From: a virus
Taxonomy: Duplodnaviria > Caudoviricetes
Strand: one strand, 5' to 3'
DNA length: 54,446 nt
IMG/VR virus record: IMGVR_UViG_3300022929_000034
Location: 1-54,446 of that record
Positions 16,989 through 24,737 of this stretch are shown one piece after another (the first letter of the stretch is position 1; each line of letters starts with the position of its first letter). Both the position numbers and the translations under genes were made by a program. The notes beneath the pieces are model-generated. The model had not been told where the DNA came from, did not search any database, and was given only the letters and a program-made list of their open reading frames with translations.

Positions 16989-17125
16989 TTGCAGTGCTCC
17001 GTGAAGACGGCCAACACGTTACCGCACGGCGGGCAGACGGTCATGTAGCCTACGTAAAAGAACACCACCGTCACGGTGCAGCTCAGGCCGATCAGGGCCA
17101 AGGCGGTCTCGACCAGCCGCATCAT
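16985..17125 (-). CDS. Small membrane protein
   Basis: MMRLVETALALIGLSCTVTVVFFYVGY...; ATGA overlaps. Confidence 0.5.
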   Translation of the reverse strand: MMRLVETALALIGLSCTVTVVFFYVGYMTVCPPCGNVLAVFTEHCK

Positions 17126-17400
17126 GGCTGCACCTCTTTTGCTTTGCGCTTGGCATAGTGTTTCCGGGCGGCAGCGTTGGCACGCACGCGCTTATCGGCG
17201 ATCCGTTGAGCCTCCTCCGCAGTCAACAAATTGTGCGTTGGCGCGGTATTGACAAACCCAGTGGCGGCTTCCTTGGCCTTGGTCCGCTCCAGCATGTTTA
17301 TGCGCATAGCGTAATCCGCAGTTATGACCAGCATCTCGTGGTGCATCTCGTTGATCCGGCGCTCAAGGTCGGCGATGCGTCTGAAGGGGTTCCAGTTCAT
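17122..17400 (-). CDS. Hypothetical protein, first gene of the leftward early operon
   Basis: 92 aa; GGAG RBS; basic C-terminus. Confidence 0.75.
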   Translation of the reverse strand: MNWNPFRRIADLERRINEMHHEMLVITADYAMRINMLERTKAKEAATGFVNTAPTHNLLTAEEAQRIADKRVRANAAARKHYAKRKAKEVQP

Positions 17401-17558
17401 GTGTGTATCTCCAAAAAGTTAAGGGAAGCCCGATAGTACAACAAAAACTTGTACCCACAACAAAATATTTTTAAAAAGTTACAAACCGGCCAGAAAAGTG
17501 GTGTAGGATCGGCCTGTCCACAACAATCCCGTTGTGGCTTTATGGAGATACACACATG
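17398..17558. promoter_or_regulatory. Divergent promoter region bounded by a 16-bp inverted repeat
   Basis: TGGAGATACACACATG on - (17398-17413) and + (17543-17558). AT-rich core with AAAATATTTT; -10-like TACTAT (left) and TAGGAT (right). Confidence 0.7.
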
Positions 17559-17924
17559 AGCCTAGAGCAAGCGCTTGAGCGCAACACCGAGATGATGGCG
17601 GACCTGATCCGCGCACTGGAGGGCTTCCAGCCCGTAGCCCAGCAGGAGGCACCCCCCGTCCCAAAGCTGCGCCCCAAGGCCGACACCCCGATTACCTCCG
17701 AGGAAAAGCCTTCCGTCCCGTCCGTGACCGCAATTTCGGAGACAACCTCTACGCCAGCGACGACCGCTGGTATTGAGTACGCTCAGGTGGCCGCAGCCAT
17801 CACCAGCACCTTCAAGGTCGACAAGGCCAAGGTCATCGCGGCGCTGGCCAAGTTCGGCGCGGCCAAGGGTCCCCAGCTCAAGGTCGAGGACTACGCGGCC
17901 TTCCTTGAGGAGTTGGCGGCATGA
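17556..17924 (+). CDS. Hypothetical protein, first gene of the replication operon
   Basis: ATG at 17556 with GGAG RBS; typical position before DUF2800. Confidence 0.8.
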   Translation: MSLEQALERNTEMMADLIRALEGFQPVAQQEAPPVPKLRPKADTPITSEEKPSVPSVTAISETTSTPATTAGIEYAQVAAAITSTFKVDKAKVIAALAKFGAAKGPQLKVEDYAAFLEELAA

Positions 17925-18127
17925 GCGAAGAAAACAATTTTGCCTTCCCTTCTTCTAAGGTAATTCTTGGAAAAACCTTCGATAACGAGGGTATGAGCTT
18001 GCGCGATTATTTTGCCGCCAAGGCGCTTCAAGGGCTTTTAGCTAACCCGGACAAGGCATGGGTTGAATCAGTTTACGCAAAATTTGCTTATAAGTTGGCG
18101 GATGCGATGTTGGAGGCAGGTAAATGA
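17921..18127 (+). CDS. Hypothetical protein (MSLRDYFA...AYxxADAML family)
   Basis: AFP...GMSLRDYFAAKALQG...AYKLADAML. Confidence 0.75.
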   Translation: MSEENNFAFPSSKVILGKTFDNEGMSLRDYFAAKALQGLLANPDKAWVESVYAKFAYKLADAMLEAGK

Positions 18128-19278
18128 GCGCACACGCCCAGCTATCACCCAGCAGCGCAGTGCGCTGGATGTCCTGCCCCGGCTCGGTGCGGATGTGCGA
18201 AGGCATACCCGACACCAGCTCTGCCGCCTCGTTGGAGGGCACGATGATGCACGGCGTGGCGTCGCACTGCCTGATCCAAGGCACTGACGCAGCCGGGTAC
18301 GTCGGCGTGACCGACCCCATAACCGGGCTGATCTTGCAGGCCGAGCAGGCGCAGGCAATCCAGACCTACGTGGACACGGTGCGCGACATTGTCGTTACCA
18401 CCGGCGGCAAGCTGCTGGTCGAGCAGCGGCTGTCCATCTGGCACATGACCGGCGAAGAGGATGCCCACGGCACTGCCGACGCCGTGATCCTGACAATGGA
18501 CGAGCTGATCGTCATTGACGCCAAGTTCGGTCGGGGTGTTGCGGTGGACGCCGAGGAGAACCCGCAGCTCATGATGTACGCGGCTGCGGCTTACGTGGAG
18601 CATGAGCTGGCCTACGACTTCAAGCGCGTGCGCATGATGATCGTGCAGCCCCGCCTGAACGCCAGCCCTGAGTGGACCATCCCCGTGGCCGAGTTGAATG
18701 AATTCATGGAAGAGGTGCAGATCTCGGCGGAGCTAACCCGGCAGCCGGATGCCCCGCTGGTGGTGTCCGCGAAGGGTTGCCAGTGGTGCAGGGCCAAGGC
18801 GACCTGCCCGGCCATCACCAACCAGATCATGGATGACTTCGACGACGTGGTGCCCGAGACGGCGGACGAGCGCGATCTGGCACGCATCATGGCCAACGCG
18901 GACATGATCGAGAAGTGGGTCAAGGCCGTGCGTGCCGAGGTCGAGCGCCGCCTGCTGGCCGGTGAGCCGGTCCACGGCTACAAGCTGGTGCAGGGCAAGA
19001 AGGGCAACCGGCAGTGGGCCGACCCAGATGAGGCCGAGGCGACGCTCAAGCTCATGCGGGTTAAGCACGACCAGATGTACGACTACAAGTTGGCCAGCCC
19101 CACCAGCATCGAGAAATTGTTCAAGGCCGGGGCTGTTGGGCCGCGCCAGTGGACAAGACTTCAGGACCTGATCACCCAATCCGAAGGGCAGCCATCGGTG
19201 GCACCCGAATCCGATAAGCGGCCCGTGCTGGTTACGTCAGCGACCGCTTCTGACTTTGACGACGTGACAAATTCTTAA
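18124..19278 (+). CDS. DUF2800 Cas4-like PD-(D/E)XK exonuclease
   Basis: HAQLSPSS..RW..CPGS, EQRL, GTADAV, VIDAKFGRG, NPQLMMYA, C.WC.A...CP. Confidence 0.9.
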   Translation: MSAHAQLSPSSAVRWMSCPGSVRMCEGIPDTSSAASLEGTMMHGVASHCLIQGTDAAGYVGVTDPITGLILQAEQAQAIQTYVDTVRDIVVTTGGKLLVEQRLSIWHMTGEEDAHGTADAVILTMDELIVIDAKFGRGVAVDAEENPQLMMYAAAAYVEHELAYDFKRVRMMIVQPRLNASPEWTIPVAELNEFMEEVQISAELTRQPDAPLVVSAKGCQWCRAKATCPAITNQIMDDFDDVVPETADERDLARIMANADMIEKWVKAVRAEVERRLLAGEPVHGYKLVQGKKGNRQWADPDEAEATLKLMRVKHDQMYDYKLASPTSIEKLFKAGAVGPRQWTRLQDLITQSEGQPSVAPESDKRPVLVTSATASDFDDVTNS

Positions 19279-19281
19279 CCT

Positions 19282-19830
19282 TTGGAGAACACCATGAAAG
19301 TGAAACTGACAAACGTACGCCTGAGCTTCCCGAGCCTGTTTGAGGCCAAGACCGTCAACGGTGAGGGCAAGCCCGCCTTCAGCGCGGTCTTCCTGCTCGA
19401 CCCCAAGGACCCGCAGGTCAAGGCCGTCAACGCGGCCATCGAGGCCGTGGCACGCGAGAAGTGGGGCGTCAAGGCCGACGCCAACCTGAAGACCCTGCGC
19501 GCGGCCGACAAGACCTGCCTGCACAGCGGCGACCTGAAGTCCAATTACGCGGGCTTCGAGGGCATGCTGTACCTGAGCGCACGCAACGCGCTGCGGCCCT
19601 TGGTGATCGACGTCAACAAGTCCCCGCTGGCCGAGGAAGACGGCAAGCCCTACGCGGGCTGCTTCGTCAACGCCAGCGTCGAGCTGTGGGTGCAGGACAA
19701 CAACTACGGCAAGCGCATCAATGCGACGCTGGCCGGTGTCCAGTTCTACCGCGACGGTGAGCACTTCGGTGGCGGCGCTATCGCCGATGCCGACGAGTTC
19801 GACGACCTGACGGCGGAAGACTTGGTCTAA
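19282..19830 (+). CDS. DUF2815 single-stranded DNA-binding protein
   Basis: NVRLSFPSLFE...YAGCFVNA...GVQF.RDGE.FGG with an acidic tail; start may be 19294. Confidence 0.9.
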   Translation: MENTMKVKLTNVRLSFPSLFEAKTVNGEGKPAFSAVFLLDPKDPQVKAVNAAIEAVAREKWGVKADANLKTLRAADKTCLHSGDLKSNYAGFEGMLYLSARNALRPLVIDVNKSPLAEEDGKPYAGCFVNASVELWVQDNNYGKRINATLAGVQFYRDGEHFGGGAIADADEFDDLTAEDLV

Positions 19831-19836
19831 CGAATA

Positions 19837-19894
19837 GGGGGGAAAGCGGATGCCGCGCAGATTTCTGTAGGTGCCGGACGCAGCGAGTACCCCC
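19837..19894 (+). ncRNA. Candidate structured RNA with loop-E (GAA/AGUA) module
   Basis: GGGGG-GAAAGCG-GAUGC...GCA-GCGAGUA-CCCCC; intergenic. Confidence 0.5.
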
Positions 19895-19922
19895 GCCTTT
19901 TACATACACATTGGAGATACAC

Positions 19923-20096
19923 ATGAGCCGAATTAAAAATCAAATATGGGACGTTGTTGAAGCTATCGACATTGTCTTGGGCGAAGGGTACGCAAAGAAG
20001 AATCCCGACCTGATCGGCCGGGTCTACCAATCCGAATCCCTGAGTGATGGCTTGAAAGAACTTATCGACGCCATCCGTACCGCAAGCAGCCAATGA
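19923..20096 (+). CDS. Hypothetical protein
   Basis: TGGAGATACACATG leader; GEGYAKKNPDL. Confidence 0.7.
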   Translation: MSRIKNQIWDVVEAIDIVLGEGYAKKNPDLIGRVYQSESLSDGLKELIDAIRTASSQ

Positions 20097-22150
20097 CCAC
20101 GCTGTACTTGGACTTGGAGACCTACTCCAAGACCCCAATCACTCACGGCACCCACGCCTACGCCGCCGACGCAGAGATCCTGCTGGTGGCGTGGGCAGTG
20201 GACGACGAGCCTGTGCAGGTCTACGACGTCACATCGTTCGGGAAGCCGCCGGAAGAGCTGGATGCGTGCCTGCGCGACCCCAAGGTGATGGTGGTGATCC
20301 ACAACAGCCATTTTGACCGCACGGTGATCCGGCACGTATGGGGCCTAGACATCCCCACCACGCGCATCCACGACACCATGGTGCAGGCCCTGAGCCACGG
20401 CCTACCGGCCTCGCTGGGCATGCTCTGTGAGGTGCTGGGGCTGCCAGCCGACAAGGCCAAGGACAAGGACGGCAAGCGGCTGATCAACCTGTTCTGCAAG
20501 CCCCAAGGCATAAACCGCAAGATCGTCCGCGCCACCCGGGACACGCACCCGGCGGAGTGGGAGCGCTTCAAGGCGTACGCCGCGTCCGACATCGAGGCCA
20601 TGCGCGAGGTCATGACCCGCATGCCCGCGTACAACACGATGTACCTGCCCGAGATGGCGCTGTGGCAGCTCGACCAGCGCATCAACGACCGGGGCGTGGC
20701 CATCGACATGGACTTGGTGCATGCGGCCATCCGCGCCGTGGACCGGGCGCAGAGCGACCTAACCGCGCAGTCGTTGGCGATGACCGACGGCCGCGTTGCC
20801 AATACCACGCAAGGCGCAGCGCTGCGCTTGCACATACTTGAGAATTACGCAGTGGACATGCCCGACCTGCAGATGGCCACGGTGGAGAAGACGTTGGCCA
20901 TGGACGTGGACCCGGGGCTCAAGGAGCTGCTGCGCGTGCGCTTGCAGGCCAGCTCCACCAGCACGGCCAAGTACAGGGTGCTGGCACGCGGCACCAGCGC
21001 GGACAAGCGTCTGCGTGGGCTCCTGCAGTTCAACGGCGCGGCGCGTACCGGGCGCTGGGCTGGGCGGCTCTTCCAGCCCCAGAACCTGCCCCGGCCGTCG
21101 CTCGGGCAGGACGCCATCGACGCGGGCATCGAGGCCATGCTGGCCGGGTGTGCGCACCTGACCACCGACAACGTCATGGAGCTGGCCAGCTCGGCCATCC
21201 GTAGCTGCATCGTCGCCCCGCCCGGCAAGAAGCTGGTGGTGGCCGACCTGTCCAACATCGAGGGCCGTGATCAGGCGTGGCTGGCCAACGAGGAGTGGAA
21301 GCTCCAAGCCTTCCGCGAGTTCGACGAGGGCATCGGCCCCGACCTGTACAAGCTGGCCTACAGCAAATCCTTCGGCACGACCCCCGACAAAGTCACCAAG
21401 GACCAGCGGCAGGTCGGCAAGGTGCAGGAGTTGGCGCTGGGCTACGAGGGCGGCGTGGGGGCCTTTGCGACCTTCGCAGGGGTCTACGGCATCAACCTCG
21501 ACGAGCTGGCCGACAAGGTGCTGGAGAATGCCCCACGGGAGCTGGTGAACGCGGCCGACAACTACTTTGGCTTCGTGATCAAGGAGAAGCGCCCACGCTA
21601 CGGGCTGTCCGACGACGCCTTCGTGGCCTGCGACGTGCTCAAGCGGGCGTGGCGCGAGGCGCACCCCAACATCACCAGCTACTGGGCGCAACTCAAAAAC
21701 GCGGTCATACGGGCCATAAACATGCGGGGGTCCACCGTCGTCACGCTGGGGCTGAAGATTACCAGCACGAGCTGGCTGCGAATCGTGTTGCCGTCAGGCC
21801 GGTCGCTGGTCTACCCGCACCCCAAGCTAATGGACGGCGCGGTTACCTACATGGGCGTGGACCAGTTCACGCGCAAGTGGACCCGTATCAGCACGCACGG
21901 CGGTAAGCTGTTCGAGAACCTGTGCCAAGCCGTCGCCCGCGACGTGATGGCCGCCAACATGCCCCGCATCGAAGAGGCGGGCTACCAGATAGTGCTGACG
22001 GTGCATGACGAGATCATCGCCGAGGCCCCCGACCAACCGGAGTTCAACGCCGACCACCTGTCATCGTTGCTGGCCACGAACCCGGACTGGGCACCCGACA
22101 TGCCGCTGGCGGCTGCGGGGTTTGAGACATACCGATACAGAAAGGACTGA
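20093..22150 (+). CDS. Family A DNA polymerase (APSE-like)
   Basis: Exo LDLETYS, HNSHFDR; TGRWAG, ADLSNIEGR (motif A), RQVGKVQELALGY (motif B), TVHDEI (motif C). Confidence 0.95.
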   Translation: MTTLYLDLETYSKTPITHGTHAYAADAEILLVAWAVDDEPVQVYDVTSFGKPPEELDACLRDPKVMVVIHNSHFDRTVIRHVWGLDIPTTRIHDTMVQALSHGLPASLGMLCEVLGLPADKAKDKDGKRLINLFCKPQGINRKIVRATRDTHPAEWERFKAYAASDIEAMREVMTRMPAYNTMYLPEMALWQLDQRINDRGVAIDMDLVHAAIRAVDRAQSDLTAQSLAMTDGRVANTTQGAALRLHILENYAVDMPDLQMATVEKTLAMDVDPGLKELLRVRLQASSTSTAKYRVLARGTSADKRLRGLLQFNGAARTGRWAGRLFQPQNLPRPSLGQDAIDAGIEAMLAGCAHLTTDNVMELASSAIRSCIVAPPGKKLVVADLSNIEGRDQAWLANEEWKLQAFREFDEGIGPDLYKLAYSKSFGTTPDKVTKDQRQVGKVQELALGYEGGVGAFATFAGVYGINLDELADKVLENAPRELVNAADNYFGFVIKEKRPRYGLSDDAFVACDVLKRAWREAHPNITSYWAQLKNAVIRAINMRGSTVVTLGLKITSTSWLRIVLPSGRSLVYPHPKLMDGAVTYMGVDQFTRKWTRISTHGGKLFENLCQAVARDVMAANMPRIEEAGYQIVLTVHDEIIAEAPDQPEFNADHLSSLLATNPDWAPDMPLAAAGFETYRYRKD

Positions 22151-22151
22151 C

Positions 22152-22328
22152 ATGATTTCACCAGAAGAAGCAGAGCGCATCGCCTACATCAAGGGCGACA
22201 CCGAGAAAGCCGCATTGTTGGCCATCGCCATTTACACGCGGGCCGCGCTGGAGGAAACGCAAGACGATTTGTCCGAAGCGGAAGAACGCATAACCGGCTT
22301 GGAAATGCTGCTTGAGGCCAAAGAATGA
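22152..22328 (+). CDS. Hypothetical protein
   Basis: MISPEEAERIAY...; AAGGA RBS. Confidence 0.65.
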   Translation: MISPEEAERIAYIKGDTEKAALLAIAIYTRAALEETQDDLSEAEERITGLEMLLEAKE

Positions 22329-22594
22329 CACGCGAATCGGACATTGAGAAGTACCTCGTCAAGCGCGTCAAGGACGTCGGCGGCCAGATACGCAAGGCCC
22401 AGTGGGTCGGCCACGTCGGCGCACCGGACCGCCGGGTGATGCTGCCCAACCGGACGCCCATCTGGATTGAGTTGAAGGCACCCGGCAAGAAGCCAGAGCC
22501 CCACCAAGTGCGTGAGCACAACCGCATGCGCAGGCTCGGTGAGCTGGTGGAAGTCATTGATTCCTACGAAGCCGTGGACAACCTAATAGCATGA
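22325..22594 (+). CDS. VRR-NUC domain nuclease
   Basis: RESDIEKYL...GAPDR...IELKAPG.KP...Q. Confidence 0.9.
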   Translation: MTRESDIEKYLVKRVKDVGGQIRKAQWVGHVGAPDRRVMLPNRTPIWIELKAPGKKPEPHQVREHNRMRRLGELVEVIDSYEAVDNLIA

Positions 22595-22707
22595 AAATAT
22601 TCGCATACGTAGCCCTCTGCGCCGTCGGCTTGGCGGGCATCTATTTCCACGTCGATTACAGCGGCTGGGTCTTGCTCATCGGCTGCTTGGGAGTGTTGCA
22701 CACATGA
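22591..22707 (+). CDS. Small two-TM protein (not in the ORF track)
   Basis: MKIFAYVALCAVGLAGIYFHVDYSGWVLLIGCLGVLHT; ATGA overlaps both sides. Confidence 0.55.
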   Translation: MKIFAYVALCAVGLAGIYFHVDYSGWVLLIGCLGVLHT

Positions 22708-24194
22708 GAACAGAATTCATACCCCGGCCCTACCAGCACCTGATCATCGACCACATCATCGACACGCCGCGCTGCGCGGTGTGGGCTGGGATGGGCACAG
22801 GCAAGACGGTGGCCACGCTGACGGCGCTGGACGGCCTGCAACTGGTCGAGGACGACCCGGTGCTCATCGTGGCCCCGCTGCGCGTGGCGACCACCACATG
22901 GCCCTCGGAGGTCCTGAAGTGGTCACACCTGAAGGACGTCAACGTCTCGGTGATCACGGGCACGGAGAAGGAGCGCATCGAGGCGATCCGCTCCCCGGCC
23001 TACATCTACACCACCAACTACGAGCAACTGGTCTGGTTGGTGGCCTACTGGGGCGACAGGTGGCCCTACAAGACCGTGGTGCTGGACGAGTCCACCAAGG
23101 TCAAGTCCTTCCGGCTGCGGCAGGGTGGCAAGCGCGCGCAGGCGCTGGGCTCCATCGCCCACACCCGCATCACCCGGTTGATTGAGCTGACCGGCACACC
23201 GGCCAGCAACGGCCTGAAGGACCTGTGGGGTCAGGCGTGGTTCGTGGACGCCGGGACGCGGCTGGGGCGCACGTTCACCGCGTTCGACCAGCGCTGGTTC
23301 CGCACCGGCTTCGACGGCTTCAGCAAGATACCGCTGCCGGGTGCCCAAAACGAGATCCAAGACAAGCTGCGCGACGTCTGCCTGACCATCGACGCGGCGG
23401 ACTGGTTTGACCTGCACGAGCCCATTGTCAACAACATCATGGTGGACCTGCCGCCCAAGGCGCGCAAGCACTACAAGGAGATGGAGGACGCGATGTACAC
23501 CGAGCTGGAGGGCATCGAGCTGGAGGCGTTCAACGCCGCCGCCAAGACCGTCAAGTGCCTGCAGCTTGCCGCCGGGGCGGCCTACACCGACGACACCGGC
23601 AAGTGGAAGGAGACCCACAAGGTCAAGCTGGAGGCGCTGGAGTCCATCATCGAAGAGGCGGCGGGTATGCCGGTGCTGGTGGCCTACAACTTCAAGAGCG
23701 ACCTTGCGCGGCTGCTGAAGGCGTTCCCGCAGGGCAGGCATCTGGACAAGAATCCCGCCACTATCGTGGACTGGAACGCGGGCAAGATCCCGGTCCTGTT
23801 CGCCCACCCGGCAAGCGCTGGCCACGGCCTGAACCTGCAGGACGGCGGCAACATACTGGTGTTCTTCTCGCCCAACTGGAACCTCGAAGAGCACCTGCAG
23901 ATAATCGAGCGGATCGGCCCGACGCGCCAGCTACAGGCGGGCTACGACCGCCCGGTGTTCATTCACCGGATCATCGCCCGCAACACCGTGGACGAGCTGG
24001 TGCTGGAGCGCCTGACCACCAAGCGCCGGGTGCAGGACGTGTTGTTAGATTCAATGAAGAAAAGGAAGACAAATGCCAAAGGCAGACTTTACGCAGTGGG
24101 ATCGGGAAACTCTGGAGGAGATAGCCCGCCAAGCGGTAGACGAGAACAAACAGCTACGGGAGGACAACAAGGCCCTGCTGTCCGCGTGGCGTAA
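22704..24194 (+). CDS. SNF2-family helicase
   Basis: RPYQ, MGTGKT, VLDES, LTGTP, SAGHGLNLQ, Q.IERI. Confidence 0.95.
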   Translation: MRTEFIPRPYQHLIIDHIIDTPRCAVWAGMGTGKTVATLTALDGLQLVEDDPVLIVAPLRVATTTWPSEVLKWSHLKDVNVSVITGTEKERIEAIRSPAYIYTTNYEQLVWLVAYWGDRWPYKTVVLDESTKVKSFRLRQGGKRAQALGSIAHTRITRLIELTGTPASNGLKDLWGQAWFVDAGTRLGRTFTAFDQRWFRTGFDGFSKIPLPGAQNEIQDKLRDVCLTIDAADWFDLHEPIVNNIMVDLPPKARKHYKEMEDAMYTELEGIELEAFNAAAKTVKCLQLAAGAAYTDDTGKWKETHKVKLEALESIIEEAAGMPVLVAYNFKSDLARLLKAFPQGRHLDKNPATIVDWNAGKIPVLFAHPASAGHGLNLQDGGNILVFFSPNWNLEEHLQIIERIGPTRQLQAGYDRPVFIHRIIARNTVDELVLERLTTKRRVQDVLLDSMKKRKTNAKGRLYAVGSGNSGGDSPPSGRREQTATGGQQGPAVRVA

Positions 24195-24330
24195 GCTGGT
24201 TACGCAAATAGGTCAGGCCGAAGCTCCTGCCGGGTTACGAGCCCAGCAGTCGCTTTTTCAATCGCAACCGCAAGCGCAGGCGATGGTTGACGGCGCTTCG
24301 CAATCAGCAAGGCCATCCACGTTGCGGTGA
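24073..24330 (+). CDS. Hypothetical coiled-coil protein overlapping both neighbours
   Basis: AAGGAAG RBS; MPKADFTQWDRETLEEIA... Confidence 0.55.
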   Translation: MPKADFTQWDRETLEEIARQAVDENKQLREDNKALLSAWRKLVTQIGQAEAPAGLRAQQSLFQSQPQAQAMVDGASQSARPSTLR

Positions 24331-24400
24331 TTCCGAGGTACTGGGCCATCTCGGCCTTCGCACCACGGACATCGGTCTTGAAGTATTCGGCGAGGGTCAT
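24200..24400 (-). CDS. Cro/YdaS-like HTH regulator
   Basis: MTLAEYF...A.MA..LGIT...R.PSP.LA..IEKAT.G.VTR.ELRPD; TATAAT 6 bp upstream suggests a nearly leaderless mRNA. Confidence 0.85.
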   Translation of the reverse strand: MTLAEYFKTDVRGAKAEMAQYLGITATWMALLIAKRRQPSPALAVAIEKATAGLVTRQELRPDLFA

Positions 24401-24447
24401 GCCCGCATTATAATCTAACCTTTAGTTACACCAACACGGAGAAAAGC

Positions 24448-24672
24448 ATGCTTACAAAAGAGGAAATGCGCAAGGTATTTTTGAGCTGCGACATGCTCGA
24501 CAAAGATGGCCTATACGCCGACGAGGTGGACGTCTACGAGCTGTGCGCGGCGGTGGAGAAGGCCGTGGCCATAAAGTACGCCCGTGCCGAGCGTGCGGAG
24601 TGCATCAAGTTCGTGCAGTCGCTGAACACCGAGGTTGCTCGGGCACTCAAAGAAAAACGGTGGACAATGTGA
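24448..24672 (+). CDS. Hypothetical protein
   Basis: 74 aa; GGAG RBS; ERAECIK motif. Confidence 0.7.
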   Translation: MLTKEEMRKVFLSCDMLDKDGLYADEVDVYELCAAVEKAVAIKYARAERAECIKFVQSLNTEVARALKEKRWTM

Positions 24673-24737
24673 TGGACCGCCTTGCCTACCTAGCCAAGTG
24701 CGTCCTTGTCTGGATCGCCTTCGTGATCACCCTCAGC

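Noticed and set aside
18124-19278. Cas4 as evidence of a CRISPR-Cas system
   Set aside because: It is the DUF2800 nuclease in a standard DUF2800-DUF2815-PolA block; no other cas genes or array.
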